DNA of 56,783 nt, counting the filler, from a bacterium (GTDB lineage: Bacteria > UBA9089 > CG2-30-40-21 > SBAY01), in NCBI GenBank assembly GCA_040757115.1. It is 4 parts of 4 records of this genome, joined end to end, with 100 filler letters (N's around TTAATTAATTAA, not from the genome) between each part and the next. Parts side by side here need not be neighbours in the genome. Positions count along the whole stretch, not along the records: positions 1 to 14,258 come from JBFLYA010000094.1; positions 14,359 to 28,552 come from JBFLYA010000095.1; 2 more parts are not named here. The stretch is one strand, 5' to 3'. A model generated the notes under the pieces. That model was not told the origin of the DNA. It worked only from the letters and a program-made list of their open reading frames with translations, and did not search any database. Below, piece by piece: positions 10,871 through 20,348 of this stretch (position 1 is the first letter of the stretch; each line of letters opens with the position of its first letter). The position numbers and the translations under genes are program-made.

Positions 10871-12177
10871 TGCCTTTGCTCTCTCGAAGTTATGGCTCTT
10901 ATCATAGCAGCCATTTTGTATTTCGTCTCATTAAATTCATCCAACGGGTTGGAAGCACCTACAATGCCTGCACCGGACCTGATATAGTAATTGTTTGGAC
11001 TCTCTGAAAAAATGCATCTTATAGCAATAGGAAATTCACCTTGCCCTTCTGAATTAAAATATCCTACTACTCCAGCATACAAATCACGTGGAGTATCTTC
11101 TATTTTATTTATATACTTTATTGCAATGTCCTTTGGCACGCCTGAAACAGTAATAGCAGGGAAAAGTATTTGTAGTGCATCAAAAATATCTTTTCCTTTT
11201 TGATATATTCCTGAGATTTGCGAAAAAATATGTCTAACACTTTTATACTCCTTAATTTCCATGAATCGTTTCACATTTACTTTTTCGGGGACACAAAACA
11301 TTTTCATCTCTCTGTACGCAGCCATTACTGAAATTGCATGTTCGAATATTTCCTTTTCATTAGTAAGAAGTTCATTCCTAAGATGTAAATCCCTAATTGG
11401 ATTGGAACTCCTCTGTTTTGTGCCTGCAAGGACATTTGTAAAGACTTGTTTTGAATCAGATGACAATAATATTTCAGGACTGCAGCCGATTATTTTTATA
11501 TTTGAATATTCTAACAAGAAATTCGTTAATGAGTTATTAAACTGCTTATAATAAAAATATAGTTCTATAGGCTTTAATTGTATTTCAAAATGCCTTATTC
11601 GCGAAATGATTATCTTTTTTAAAATATTTTTTTCAATCAAATTTTGACAAGAGTATATTTTCCTGATAAAATCATCTTTTCCTTCCTCATCATTTATATC
11701 ACATTCAACAACTTTTACGATCTCCTGCTTTTCACGTGAACTATCCACTAGATAGTCGGCATAATATTCAGGATTGTCGCTTATTATTTGACAATAGTTA
11801 GTGTAGAAAAGCATCTGCACACCAGGCTGAATAAATTCTATTAACGGCAAAGTGTTGGTTTTCGTGTAATCGTAATAATATTTCGATAGATCAAAAGAAA
11901 TATATCCAAACAGTTTCAACTCATTACCTAATTTCTTTAGTATATGTCTAAATTCGCTGTAGGGAGATTCCGATGGCATTTCTTCTATTGTTATATCATA
12001 TCTTTTTAAGTGCCATTTATCATTTTGTAACTTTATTGTGTACGTCGGTATAGATCCTACGACAGACACATTATTATTCTCATAAATAAACGAATATTCT
12101 CCTCCTAATGAGTGTTCCTGCAATTTTTCATATGTTTTTATAGGGTCAAAGTACCCACCAATTGTAATCGTTTTCAT
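10840..12177 (-). CDS. Chorismate-utilising MST enzyme, salicylate synthase-like (MbtI/Irp9 type)
   Basis: GCSPE, LAGT, KEIFEHAISV, SVRH, LFPAITVSGVPK, PRDLYAG, SGAGIV and EFNETKYK; EHAISV and FPAxTxSGxPK read as salicylate-synthase rather than TrpE variants. Confidence 0.78.
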   Translation of the reverse strand: MKTITIGGYFDPIKTYEKLQEHSLGGEYSFIYENNNVSVVGSIPTYTIKLQNDKWHLKRYDITIEEMPSESPYSEFRHILKKLGNELKLFGYISFDLSKYYYDYTKTNTLPLIEFIQPGVQMLFYTNYCQIISDNPEYYADYLVDSSREKQEIVKVVECDINDEEGKDDFIRKIYSCQNLIEKNILKKIIISRIRHFEIQLKPIELYFYYKQFNNSLTNFLLEYSNIKIIGCSPEILLSSDSKQVFTNVLAGTKQRSSNPIRDLHLRNELLTNEKEIFEHAISVMAAYREMKMFCVPEKVNVKRFMEIKEYKSVRHIFSQISGIYQKGKDIFDALQILFPAITVSGVPKDIAIKYINKIEDTPRDLYAGVVGYFNSEGQGEFPIAIRCIFSESPNNYYIRSGAGIVGASNPLDEFNETKYKMAAMIRAITSREQRQCTNLNLKKK

Positions 12178-12212
12178 TATTATATTCCTTTACAGTTTGT
12201 TTCATTTTCTTT

Positions 12213-13112
12213 TCATTTAAACTTAATTAATCCAAGGATATAACTTCCATATAAAATTGTTGATGCAACGATATTTGTCGATAAAGTCTTCCATCCCATG
12301 AATGACGATGGGAATACCACAGTTTTAATCGCAGAGGGAAGACTAATTAACAGGCTTATAATCACTAATAATACATAATAAGGAGATAACCATTTTAGAT
12401 ATGCTGGTATTATTGCGATTAAATATCCTGCCGATAGAAAAAATACCCCGACCAGTGATGCTCTTTTTATACCAATGTTGACTGCAAAAGTATTAATGTT
12501 TAATTGCTTATCTGAGTCATAATCCTTAATACAACCAAATATATGCACACCTGTGTGATAGAAAATTGTTGATAAAATGATTAGGAGATGTAATTTCGTT
12601 ACATGATTTGCACCCAAACTGCCCATTAAATATGACGAGGATATGAGGCTCGCAAAAAAGAGGCTTCCCCATAATGACATAAACTTGAAATATTTATTAT
12701 AGATTTGAGTGAAAAAGCATATAGTAATAGCTACCACAAAACACCATATGTTTAAATAATAAGCAATAAAAAAGGATAGCAAATAAATTATTATCGTAAG
12801 TATCATAGATTCCTTAATACTTATTGCTCCCCGAGCAATTGGGAAGTTCTCTTTAATGGCACCAATATCATATGCACCGTCCTTTGCAATAGATATGGCC
12901 TTTCGGTCAATCTGCACATCCAAAATCTGATTAGTTACCATTCCACCCCACCATAGAAGTAAGATAACAATTGTGGACAGGAGAATTTTATTGAAGTCAT
13001 AATCTCCCATATCATGTATTCCTATCAGAGTTCCCGTGAGAGATGCTACCATTGGGTATGTTGAATACCTTATCCTTAGTAAATCTTTATAGACGTATAA
13101 TCTCCTCATCAT
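12213..13112 (-). CDS. UbiA family prenyltransferase
   Basis: Asp-rich motifs NQILDVQID and IKDYDSD, FPIARG, multiple transmembrane helices. Confidence 0.88.
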   Translation of the reverse strand: MMRRLYVYKDLLRIRYSTYPMVASLTGTLIGIHDMGDYDFNKILLSTIVILLLWWGGMVTNQILDVQIDRKAISIAKDGAYDIGAIKENFPIARGAISIKESMILTIIIYLLSFFIAYYLNIWCFVVAITICFFTQIYNKYFKFMSLWGSLFFASLISSSYLMGSLGANHVTKLHLLIILSTIFYHTGVHIFGCIKDYDSDKQLNINTFAVNIGIKRASLVGVFFLSAGYLIAIIPAYLKWLSPYYVLLVIISLLISLPSAIKTVVFPSSFMGWKTLSTNIVASTILYGSYILGLIKFK

Positions 13113-13173
13113 CTCTTTCCCTCTTCAATATAGTATGTCTCTATGTATCATTGCCTAATATTCCTGTTCTTGA

Positions 13174-13695
13174 TCATTGCTTCATTTTTCGTTTAATAAA
13201 GTCCTTAATCTTATGCCTCCAAGATGCTGTTGTGTCAGATTTTTGAGAACAGATTTTGCATTCCATACCATTAATTTCAACCCGAATTAGGGGCGTTCTT
13301 GCTATATTAAATAGGGCATTAAAAATGTCTTTTTGATAAAGCATCCCTGATAAGCAATCTTCTTCAACTACTGGAAAGTTATAAAGTCCTGTTTTTATAA
13401 CAAGGTCAACTACATCTATCAAACTCATTGTTGGTGTTACGGTGACAGGTTTTGTCATAAACTCTTCTACGAATATCTCATCAAGCCAGTAAGCAATCTC
13501 GTGTTTGCTTAAAGTGGTTGCAATAGACGGAAGAGCTCGCGCAATGTTTCCTCTTGTTACCACACCAACAAGTTTACCATTACTGGTGACCGGGAGTATC
13601 TTTATTTCTTGCATTTGAAATGTTCTTTCGGCTTCACGAATTGAAGTCTTTTTACTCACAGAGTTGCATTTACTCATAATTTCACTCACTATCAT
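13174..13695 (-). CDS. CBS-domain protein (AcuB-like)
   Basis: Paired CBS repeats with LPSIATTLSKHEI linker. Confidence 0.85.
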   Translation of the reverse strand: MIVSEIMSKCNSVSKKTSIREAERTFQMQEIKILPVTSNGKLVGVVTRGNIARALPSIATTLSKHEIAYWLDEIFVEEFMTKPVTVTPTMSLIDVVDLVIKTGLYNFPVVEEDCLSGMLYQKDIFNALFNIARTPLIRVEINGMECKICSQKSDTTASWRHKIKDFIKRKMKQ

Positions 13696-13803
13696 AACGC
13701 AGCACCTTTAAGGGTTAGATAAATTTTATTACTCATCATATCACCTAATTTGAATTTTAGCCTCCCATTATAGATGTTGTTAATAAAAGCATTTCACTCG
13801 CAC

Positions 13804-14160
13804 CTATTTGTTCATCCTACGATATTCAATAGGTGAATATTTTACTCTTTCTTTAAATCTTCTAGTAAAACTGCTCCAGTGTGAATAACCAACTTCATAG
13901 GCTATCTGGTCGATTGTTAAATTAGTATTTTTTAATAACTTTTTTGCATATTCCATTTTTATTTCTATACACAAATGGTTGAAACTTTTACTATTATTTT
14001 TCTTAAATGTCCTGCTTAGATGTCTTAGACTTAATCCCACTTTATTGGCTATCTCGTATAACCTATACTTACCATTGCTTGTCTTAAGTAATTCTTTTGC
14101 CTTCTCTATTCGATTATCTAAATCTAATGGATATTTGCTACATAGCATAACATCGTGCAC
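13804..14160 (-). CDS. AraC-family HTH-only regulator (possibly 5'-truncated)
   Basis: IANKVGLSLRHLSRTFK and IAYEVGYSHWSSFTRRFK...SPIEYR; no sensor domain; GTG start lies inside a repeat. Confidence 0.8.
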   Translation of the reverse strand: MHDVMLCSKYPLDLDNRIEKAKELLKTSNGKYRLYEIANKVGLSLRHLSRTFKKNNSKSFNHLCIEIKMEYAKKLLKNTNLTIDQIAYEVGYSHWSSFTRRFKERVKYSPIEYRRMNK

Positions 14161-14258
14161 CCTATTTTAATACAAATTTATAGCAGGACATCGTGCACTC
14201 TCACCCCATGGGGTGAGCGAAATTCTAATCCTCAAAAATAGCAGGACATCGTGCACCT
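14150..14258. repeat. Three direct copies of ACATCGTGCAC (two as ATAGCAGGACATCGTGCAC) with a CTCACCCCATGGGGTGAG palindrome
   Basis: Copies near 14150, 14188 and 14246, running into the contig end. Confidence 0.75.
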
Positions 14259-14358
14259 NNNNNNNNNNNNNNNNNNNNNNNNNNNNNNNNNNNNNNNNNN
14301 NNTTAATTAATTAANNNNNNNNNNNNNNNNNNNNNNNNNNNNNNNNNNNNNNNNNNNN
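14259..14358. other. Artificial contig linker
   Basis: 44 N + TTAATTAATTAA (stops in all six frames) + 44 N. Confidence 0.97.
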
Positions 14359-14483
14359 ATAGCATCCTTAATATTTTCCAAAGATTCTTTTTCAGTTTGT
14401 CCTTGTGACCAACAACCTGGCAAACCAGGTACCCACACAGAATAACCCTCATCAGTTTTTTTAAGATTAACTTTGTATTTCAT
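14359..14483 (-). CDS. hicB: HicB-family antitoxin, 3' end cut by contig edge
   Basis: Manual translation MKYKVNLKKTDEGYSVWVPGLPGCWSQGQTEKESLENIKDA; AGGAGG RBS upstream; absent from ORF track. Confidence 0.82.
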
Positions 14484-14505
14484 AATTTTATCTTCCTCCT
14501 TCCTT

Positions 14506-14981
14506 GTAACCGTTCAGCCACAGAGGCACAGAGTTCACAGAGAATTAAGGAAAGTAGCCACAAATGGACACGATTAACCTCTGACATCCCATAAATGTAG
14601 GGCGAACCTTATTGCTTTTTCATAAATAGGTTCCTCTTTTGGGGAGAGCGATAGCAAGAAGAACTTTAATGTAAATATCAAAATGCAAATATCAAAATTA
14701 CAATGCAAAATGCAAAAATACTTGTAAATTAACAAAGTAGCTGGAGAATATTTTGATTTTTGATTTGTAATTTTACATTTTGATGTTTGATTTTTAATTT
14801 ATTTTATGGTATTCCAGAAAAGTGGAAGTTAATTTTGCAAAAACCATTAGGTTCGCTTTCCTGCTTGCCAGAAGCGAGGCTAAAGCCTCACACTACAAAT
14901 CTCTTTATTATTTGTTCATTCGTGGTTATATATTCGCTCTGTGTTCTCTGTGACTCTGTGGCTATATCCCTGAACGGTTAC
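14506..14981. mobile_element. GTAAC-ended miniature inverted-repeat element carrying a nested 235-bp MITE
   Basis: Ends GTAACCGTTCAG and CTGAACGGTTAC; inner CACAGAG/CTCTGTG repeats; homologous partial copy at 28405-28552. Confidence 0.8.
14612..14846. mobile_element. 235-bp MITE with TTA target duplication
   Basis: TTA on both sides; same-length reverse copy at 41792-42026; partial copy from 28512; imperfect TIRs TTGCTTTTTCATAAA / TGGTTTTTGCAAAA. Confidence 0.85.
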
Positions 14982-14999
14982 CGATATTTTTTGCTAAGG

Positions 15000-15773
15000 T
15001 CAAAGGCCTGGGGATAATCTTCTTAATGTGATTATGTCTGATTGTAATCGTGATTGTTGATAAAACGGTGTATTAGTCCCTTTTGATTTACTTCTGCCTG
15101 CCTCGGTAATTACATAGACGCCCATAGATACACTATTTACTGGAGTAGTTTCATTTCCTGCACTATCCCAATACTTAAATTGTAATCCTGAAGTTCCTAA
15201 CATAATATTAGAGGCAACTATTGCGGTCGTCATACTTCCTGCATAAAAACAAGTCCAGCTACCGTTTAGTGGGTTATTATCCCTGGTATTTAATGCCTCA
15301 TATTTTTCTTCTCGCAGTTCATTACATTTTTCCACACCTTGCTCGATTAATCTATATCGATATATGTTCCAGACAATTGTATCAGTTCCCACATCAGGAT
15401 TCAATCTCATCACAATATCACCTTTTTGATTAGTTGAATATGAAATCAGGCTCATTGTTCCATAGGGTTGACTTTCAAATTTTACACCAGCTATTGTTTC
15501 ATTATCTATTATCTGATATGCTCCTCTTATTCTTGCGGTTAACCACGATACCGCACATCTGGCATTTTGTTCAGCAATCATATAATTAAGCTGGATTTTC
15601 ATAGACTTTTGAGCGGAGATAAAGAAAGGAATTAGCAGTATACCGACTAAAATTCCCAATATTCCCACAACAATTAATATCTCAATTAGCGTAACGCCTT
15701 TTTCTGTTTTTATATGTCTTCTGGAATGGTTCATTTTCATCATTTTTTCTAAATTTCCCATTGCTAATTTCAA
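15000..15773 (-). CDS. Prepilin-type N-terminal cleavage/methylation protein (PilW-like minor pilin)
   Basis: KG|VTLIEILIVVGIL class III signal; true start probably a later Met (~15740). Confidence 0.8.
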   Translation of the reverse strand: MKLAMGNLEKMMKMNHSRRHIKTEKGVTLIEILIVVGILGILVGILLIPFFISAQKSMKIQLNYMIAEQNARCAVSWLTARIRGAYQIIDNETIAGVKFESQPYGTMSLISYSTNQKGDIVMRLNPDVGTDTIVWNIYRYRLIEQGVEKCNELREEKYEALNTRDNNPLNGSWTCFYAGSMTTAIVASNIMLGTSGLQFKYWDSAGNETTPVNSVSMGVYVITEAGRSKSKGTNTPFYQQSRLQSDIITLRRLSPGL

Positions 15774-15827
15774 ACGGATAGACCCATCAATCTTTCACCC
15801 TGAAGGTAATCATCTTCCTGTTCTCAC

Positions 15828-16316
15828 TCAGCGTGTTCTAACACTAATTGTTCCACTATTATTATAAAGGCATCTTGTCAAACTAATACTCCCGAGGGCA
15901 TTTATTCTCTGCATATCAATACCCTCCTTTGGGTAAGTGACGGAAACTACTATTTCTTTATAATCAGAGGTTGTGATGGGTGTGGCATAATCATCATAGA
16001 TGTCATTATGGTCAGTTACCGTAACTTCTGGAAAATATGGTGTCTTTTCTCGCCTGGTAACCGTTCCAAATAAAGGTGGGATGTTTATCGTATATGTGCC
16101 GGTGGTCGTAATACTTCCATAAGGTTGAGTTAATATCCATTCTAATCTTTCAATCGCAATTTGTCTTGCCTCATTCTTTGTTTCTGTTATTATCTTACTC
16201 TTTGTGAATTGGAGTTGGAGGAATAATATCCCCATTATTCCTATAATCAATACCGCAAAACTTATAACTAATTCTATTATTCCTATTCCGTTTTGTTTAT
16301 TAAATATTCTGTTCAT
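15828..16316 (-). CDS. PilV-like minor pilin
   Basis: NG|IGIIELVISFAVLIIGI prepilin motif. Confidence 0.75.
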   Translation of the reverse strand: MNRIFNKQNGIGIIELVISFAVLIIGIMGILFLQLQFTKSKIITETKNEARQIAIERLEWILTQPYGSITTTGTYTINIPPLFGTVTRREKTPYFPEVTVTDHNDIYDDYATPITTSDYKEIVVSVTYPKEGIDMQRINALGSISLTRCLYNNSGTISVRTR

Positions 16317-16319
16317 TTT

Positions 16320-18731
16320 TTACCACCCAATATCTTCGACAGTCTTTGACTTCATCAGTATCTTTTTACTACCTGGATAAGACTCAACGGCGACATAAGC
16401 AATCATTTTCTTTATTACTGTGTTTTCTAACATCGGGACGGTCGAGGTAATTTTCAGGAGATGCCTGCGTCCACCGCCAGGCAAAGAATTTGTATTCATA
16501 AAAATAAGGGCACTTCTTTGACCCGGTTCAATTCTATTATCCGGGACACCATAATCACAGGTGCTAAATACTGCGGCCTGATATCCATCACTATCGACAA
16601 ATGGTACGGGCGGTGCCCAGATTCCATAGACACCACTCTTCTTCACTTCATCCTCAGTAACCTGGTCAACATTAGCCCACTCTGATACATATTGGGCTAA
16701 TGTCTCCGGCGTAGAAGAGTCCGGCGGCTTAAGTATATCATCACCACTATATAGAATTCTTGAATCATAAGTCTTGGCTCCCCTCCCTCCCCAGACAAGT
16801 TCGTTTTTTCCATCATTATCAACATCCAGCCACATAGCCCCTGAGAAGGCATCCTGGTCTTGTTCAAATGTATATCTATCTGGGTCTGCCTGTGTATTCC
16901 AGGTAATGTTACCAATAAAATTAACCTCCTTCTCACTATAACTGGCATTAACATCAGCATTAATATTAAAATTGTCCTGTGTATAGGGAATCACCATCAA
17001 AGATTCTAAATCAGTTCCTGCAATAATAGTATCATTTTTGTTATCTCCATCACGGTCAATTACCAGTGGAGCATGATGACTCCTCAGTCCTGGATAATCC
17101 TTCGATCTGTGATGAAAATACTTTTCCGCATCAGGATTAATATAGTTTGCTCTTATATTTGAAGCCGTTCCCATCGCTGTGTTATCTGGATTAACTATAT
17201 ACATCCAATCACCACCGTCGTTTGACCGTTCATATCCTTTCTGATATATCTCCAGTTTATTTGGGTCACTACCACCAAAAAAGAGTATTTCTTGGTCGCC
17301 GCTGTTATCTATATCTGCCAGACCGAGTTCTGGTTGAAGTAATCGTAATGCCTTCTGTGCATCTACCCAGCCGGTCTCTTGCGAAGCCAACACTTTTCCA
17401 TCATCTTTATCAAGAACAAAAATTTTACCTTTTACCCACCCAGCCGCCTTCGCATTTGTGTCAGAACCATCCGGAAGCGTCATAATGTCTACTCCCCACT
17501 GAATAACCTTTCCATAGACGGCGAAGGCGATGACTTCGTCACCCTCCGCCTCAGGTACCATATCCTCAGGTATTACATCCGCAAACTTTGGCTTTGAAAC
17601 AAATTGGTAGTGCATATCAGTTGAATTATTTTCAAATTCATCTGCACTTTTTTTTCCATCATATATCCACCGGACATTGCCATTATCGTCCAGGGCAATT
17701 ACATATCCGTCACTTGCAGGATGTCCGTCAGTTGAAATTAAATTTCTAAGGTGCTTATTATAGATGTCTGTCCAACTTGAGTCCGCCTCAGAAGGCACAT
17801 TAGGCTCCTTATGGGCAGTTAGAAGAATCATATTATTTTTTCTGACTAATCCCCAGGTTACATCCACGCCATTATCTACCGTAATATCCCTTTGTTGGTT
17901 CACATAGTTATGGCTAAGCGAGGAATTTAGCTTTACTTCGCCATTACTACCAAAATCCGAATACGAACTGCCGGTTTTTGCATCATAAGCATAAATAGAA
18001 TTTGGTTTGTAATTGTTTATATTTTCGTTTATGTTAGAAGTAGCAACGATTATTACTTTCTTTCCATTTATTTCTGTTATTAAAGGTGCCCCTAAAAGGG
18101 TATGGTCTAATCCCTCCCCTCCCACATCCTTAATGAATGGTTTGTCCCCCTCGACTTTATAGTATCCATCCCCGGTTGGAACCACTTTGTATATCATTCC
18201 ATTCTGTGTCGCGACATATATCTCCGGGATTCCATCATTATCAACATCCGCAATTACTGGTTCACCACTTATATTACCCGGTTCTTTTCCCTTATCGTCT
18301 GGTGGTAACCGTAAGACAATTCTTCCCTCTCTTTGCGGTTCCTGGGTAACTGCTCTTTCTATGGTCACTGTTCCTATTACTATATCTTTTAATCCTTGAT
18401 ATGCGACGGTGAAGACATAAGAATAAGTGCCTGCAGATTCATAATCATTTATTCCACAAATCTTTTCTAATATATCTGGTATGCCGTTTGGTGTAGTGGC
18501 CTGGCCCTCAAAATTTCCATCCTCTCCCCATAGGACTCGCCACAAACCCTGACTTATACCACTTTCAGATAAAGGTTGGGTAAATTTACTTTCCATACTG
18601 CGGTGGAACATTTTTAAATCATATCTAATGAGAGATATTAAACCTAACCCTAATGCTAATAAAAAAGCAGATATAAGTATCACCGTAATCAATGAAAGTC
18701 CTTTTTGATTTTTCACACAAACTTTTTTCAT
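16320..18731 (-). CDS. PilX-like minor pilin with a large FG-GAP/beta-propeller domain
   Basis: KG|LSLITVIL (no E5) then SESGI motif; repeated ADVDNDG, ADIDNSG, DRDGD and DVDNDG loops. Confidence 0.7.
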   Translation of the reverse strand: MKKVCVKNQKGLSLITVILISAFLLALGLGLISLIRYDLKMFHRSMESKFTQPLSESGISQGLWRVLWGEDGNFEGQATTPNGIPDILEKICGINDYESAGTYSYVFTVAYQGLKDIVIGTVTIERAVTQEPQREGRIVLRLPPDDKGKEPGNISGEPVIADVDNDGIPEIYVATQNGMIYKVVPTGDGYYKVEGDKPFIKDVGGEGLDHTLLGAPLITEINGKKVIIVATSNINENINNYKPNSIYAYDAKTGSSYSDFGSNGEVKLNSSLSHNYVNQQRDITVDNGVDVTWGLVRKNNMILLTAHKEPNVPSEADSSWTDIYNKHLRNLISTDGHPASDGYVIALDDNGNVRWIYDGKKSADEFENNSTDMHYQFVSKPKFADVIPEDMVPEAEGDEVIAFAVYGKVIQWGVDIMTLPDGSDTNAKAAGWVKGKIFVLDKDDGKVLASQETGWVDAQKALRLLQPELGLADIDNSGDQEILFFGGSDPNKLEIYQKGYERSNDGGDWMYIVNPDNTAMGTASNIRANYINPDAEKYFHHRSKDYPGLRSHHAPLVIDRDGDNKNDTIIAGTDLESLMVIPYTQDNFNINADVNASYSEKEVNFIGNITWNTQADPDRYTFEQDQDAFSGAMWLDVDNDGKNELVWGGRGAKTYDSRILYSGDDILKPPDSSTPETLAQYVSEWANVDQVTEDEVKKSGVYGIWAPPVPFVDSDGYQAAVFSTCDYGVPDNRIEPGQRSALIFMNTNSLPGGGRRHLLKITSTVPMLENTVIKKMIAYVAVESYPGSKKILMKSKTVEDIGW

Positions 18732-18790
18732 TTTCTTGCTCCTTTTAAAACATAGAGCACTGATTATGCGATGACATTTCTCTTTTTAAG

Positions 18791-18819
18791 ATTATACCAT
18801 AAAATATACTTATTGTCAA
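18791..18819 (-). promoter_or_regulatory. Consensus sigma70 promoter for the pilin cluster
   Basis: TTGACA-17 bp-TATAAT with extended -10 TG. Confidence 0.75.
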
Positions 18820-20150
18820 TATATTTTTTTGATTATTTCTTTAATGATTTTTGCCTCTGGGAAGTCGGGCTGTAATTGAAGGACTTTATTCAAAATTTCT
18901 TTTGCCTTAATATTATCTCCTTTTTTATAATAAGCCAGACCAAGATGATAAGTAATCATTGGTTGAGTTGGAGCACGCATAGCGGCCTGTTCTAAATTAG
19001 CGATTGCCTCGTCATATCTGGCTAATTGATAATACACCCAACCGAGTGTATCAAGGGTTCCTGCGGAATTAGGGGCTAATTTAACGGCAGTTATAGCTAA
19101 AGAAAGAGCAGATTTAAGATTAGTTCCTTGTTCTGCATAGAGATACGCAAGATTATTATATGGTTGTGCAAAATCAGGATTGAATTCAATTGCGGCTTTA
19201 TAAGTGGTTATTGCCTCTTCATATCTTTTTTCAATCTCATAAATTATCCCTAATCTTAAATATACCAGAGGTAATTTCTGGTTAATCGCTAATGCCTTTT
19301 TATAGGCATCTATGGATTCTTGATACATCTTTTGAGTAAAATAGACATTGCCCAGATGTTCATAGCCAGGGAAAAATTTTGGTTCTATGTCAATAGCCTT
19401 TTTAAATTGAGTTACCGCCTCTTCGGTTTTTCCTTGACTAAAAAACGCTGACCCTAAATAATCATATCCAACAGGATTATCCGGCAGTATTTTTATTACC
19501 TGACTAAATGTGGCAATGGCATCATCATAAGAACGAATCTCCATATAAACAGAGCCGAGTCTAAGGTAGGTGTCAGAATTACGGGGTTCTATTTTAATGA
19601 CTTTTTTATACTCATCAATTGCCTCATTTTTTCTTCCTTGAAGATAATAAAGATTAGCCAAATTATAGTGGGTATTTGCAGAATCAGGATTTAATTTTAG
19701 AGATTTTTCAAATTGAATTTCTGCGGCTTTTAGATTCTTTTCAGCTAAATATATATTGCCCAGCATATTATGTACTTGTGGATTTTCAGGCGAGATATTT
19801 TGAGCTCTATTAATTTTTTCTTTAGCAGAACTAATATCACCCTTTTGTAGGTCAATTGTGGCTAATCCTAATAAGGCATCTACATATTCAGGATTAATCT
19901 TTAATGCTTTTTCAAATTCTTCAATTGCCTGGATAACCAATCCTTTGCTAAAATATCTTATCCCTAATTTATAATGAGCATCTGCAGAGTCAGGTTTTTC
20001 CTGGACTTCTTTTTTTGCTATCAGGATTTGGTCATCTTCGAGTATTTTCTTGGCTTTGGGTGAATCTTTTATCCCGCCGGATGTCTTACTACAACCTTCT
20101 GGTGTTTGAGAGATGAGAAATAATAATATCAGACCTATTTTAATAAACAT
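18816..20150 (-). CDS. Exported tetratricopeptide-repeat protein
   Basis: N-terminal hydrophobic signal and about 11 TPR repeats; YNNLAY...DTLGWVYY C-terminal pattern. Confidence 0.9.
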   Translation of the reverse strand: MFIKIGLILLFLISQTPEGCSKTSGGIKDSPKAKKILEDDQILIAKKEVQEKPDSADAHYKLGIRYFSKGLVIQAIEEFEKALKINPEYVDALLGLATIDLQKGDISSAKEKINRAQNISPENPQVHNMLGNIYLAEKNLKAAEIQFEKSLKLNPDSANTHYNLANLYYLQGRKNEAIDEYKKVIKIEPRNSDTYLRLGSVYMEIRSYDDAIATFSQVIKILPDNPVGYDYLGSAFFSQGKTEEAVTQFKKAIDIEPKFFPGYEHLGNVYFTQKMYQESIDAYKKALAINQKLPLVYLRLGIIYEIEKRYEEAITTYKAAIEFNPDFAQPYNNLAYLYAEQGTNLKSALSLAITAVKLAPNSAGTLDTLGWVYYQLARYDEAIANLEQAAMRAPTQPMITYHLGLAYYKKGDNIKAKEILNKVLQLQPDFPEAKIIKEIIKKIY

Positions 20151-20170
20151 CTTTCTCCTGAAAATAGGTT

Positions 20171-20246
20171 ATGGGACGCAGATTTTCGCAGATTCTCAGG
20201 ATGTATATTTAAAAATCCTGAAAATCTGCGTTTATCTGCGTCCTAT
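20171..20246. repeat. Imperfect palindrome built from 9-mer units (CGCAGATTT / AAATCTGCG)
   Basis: ATGGGACGCAGATTTTCGCAGATT...AAAATCTGCGTTTATCTGCGTCCTAT. Confidence 0.7.
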
Positions 20247-20348
20247 ACTTTCCTCTGAAAATATCCGCAGATTTGGCCATAAAACAAAGAGCCGATTATA
20301 CTCCTTTATTATTATAATCGGCTATTTTGATGATTTTCTTTAGAAATT

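Noticed and set aside
12213-13112. ebo-type cluster or archaeal ether-lipid pathway (UbiA + Fe-ADH superfamily)
   Set aside because: No TatD, xylose-isomerase-like or alkaline-phosphatase-like ebo genes and no GGGP synthase; the Fe-ADH has the VPTxxxxGSE alcohol-dehydrogenase motif
211-13246. Plus-strand ORFs antisense to the contig 1 genes (e.g. 211-567, 1540-2124, 5316-5660, 11261-11551)
   Set aside because: Shadow ORFs fully overlapping well-supported minus-strand genes, with no motifs
14303-14314. TTAATTAATTAA as a biological repeat (three copies)
   Set aside because: Always centred in identical N-runs; it is an assembly spacer
14787-15017. ORFs inside repeat elements (14787-15017, 31575-31856, 31751-31972, 31818-32051, 35647-35835, 41903-42268, 48072-48356)
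   Set aside because: Translations of MITE, hairpin or attC sequence with no protein motifs
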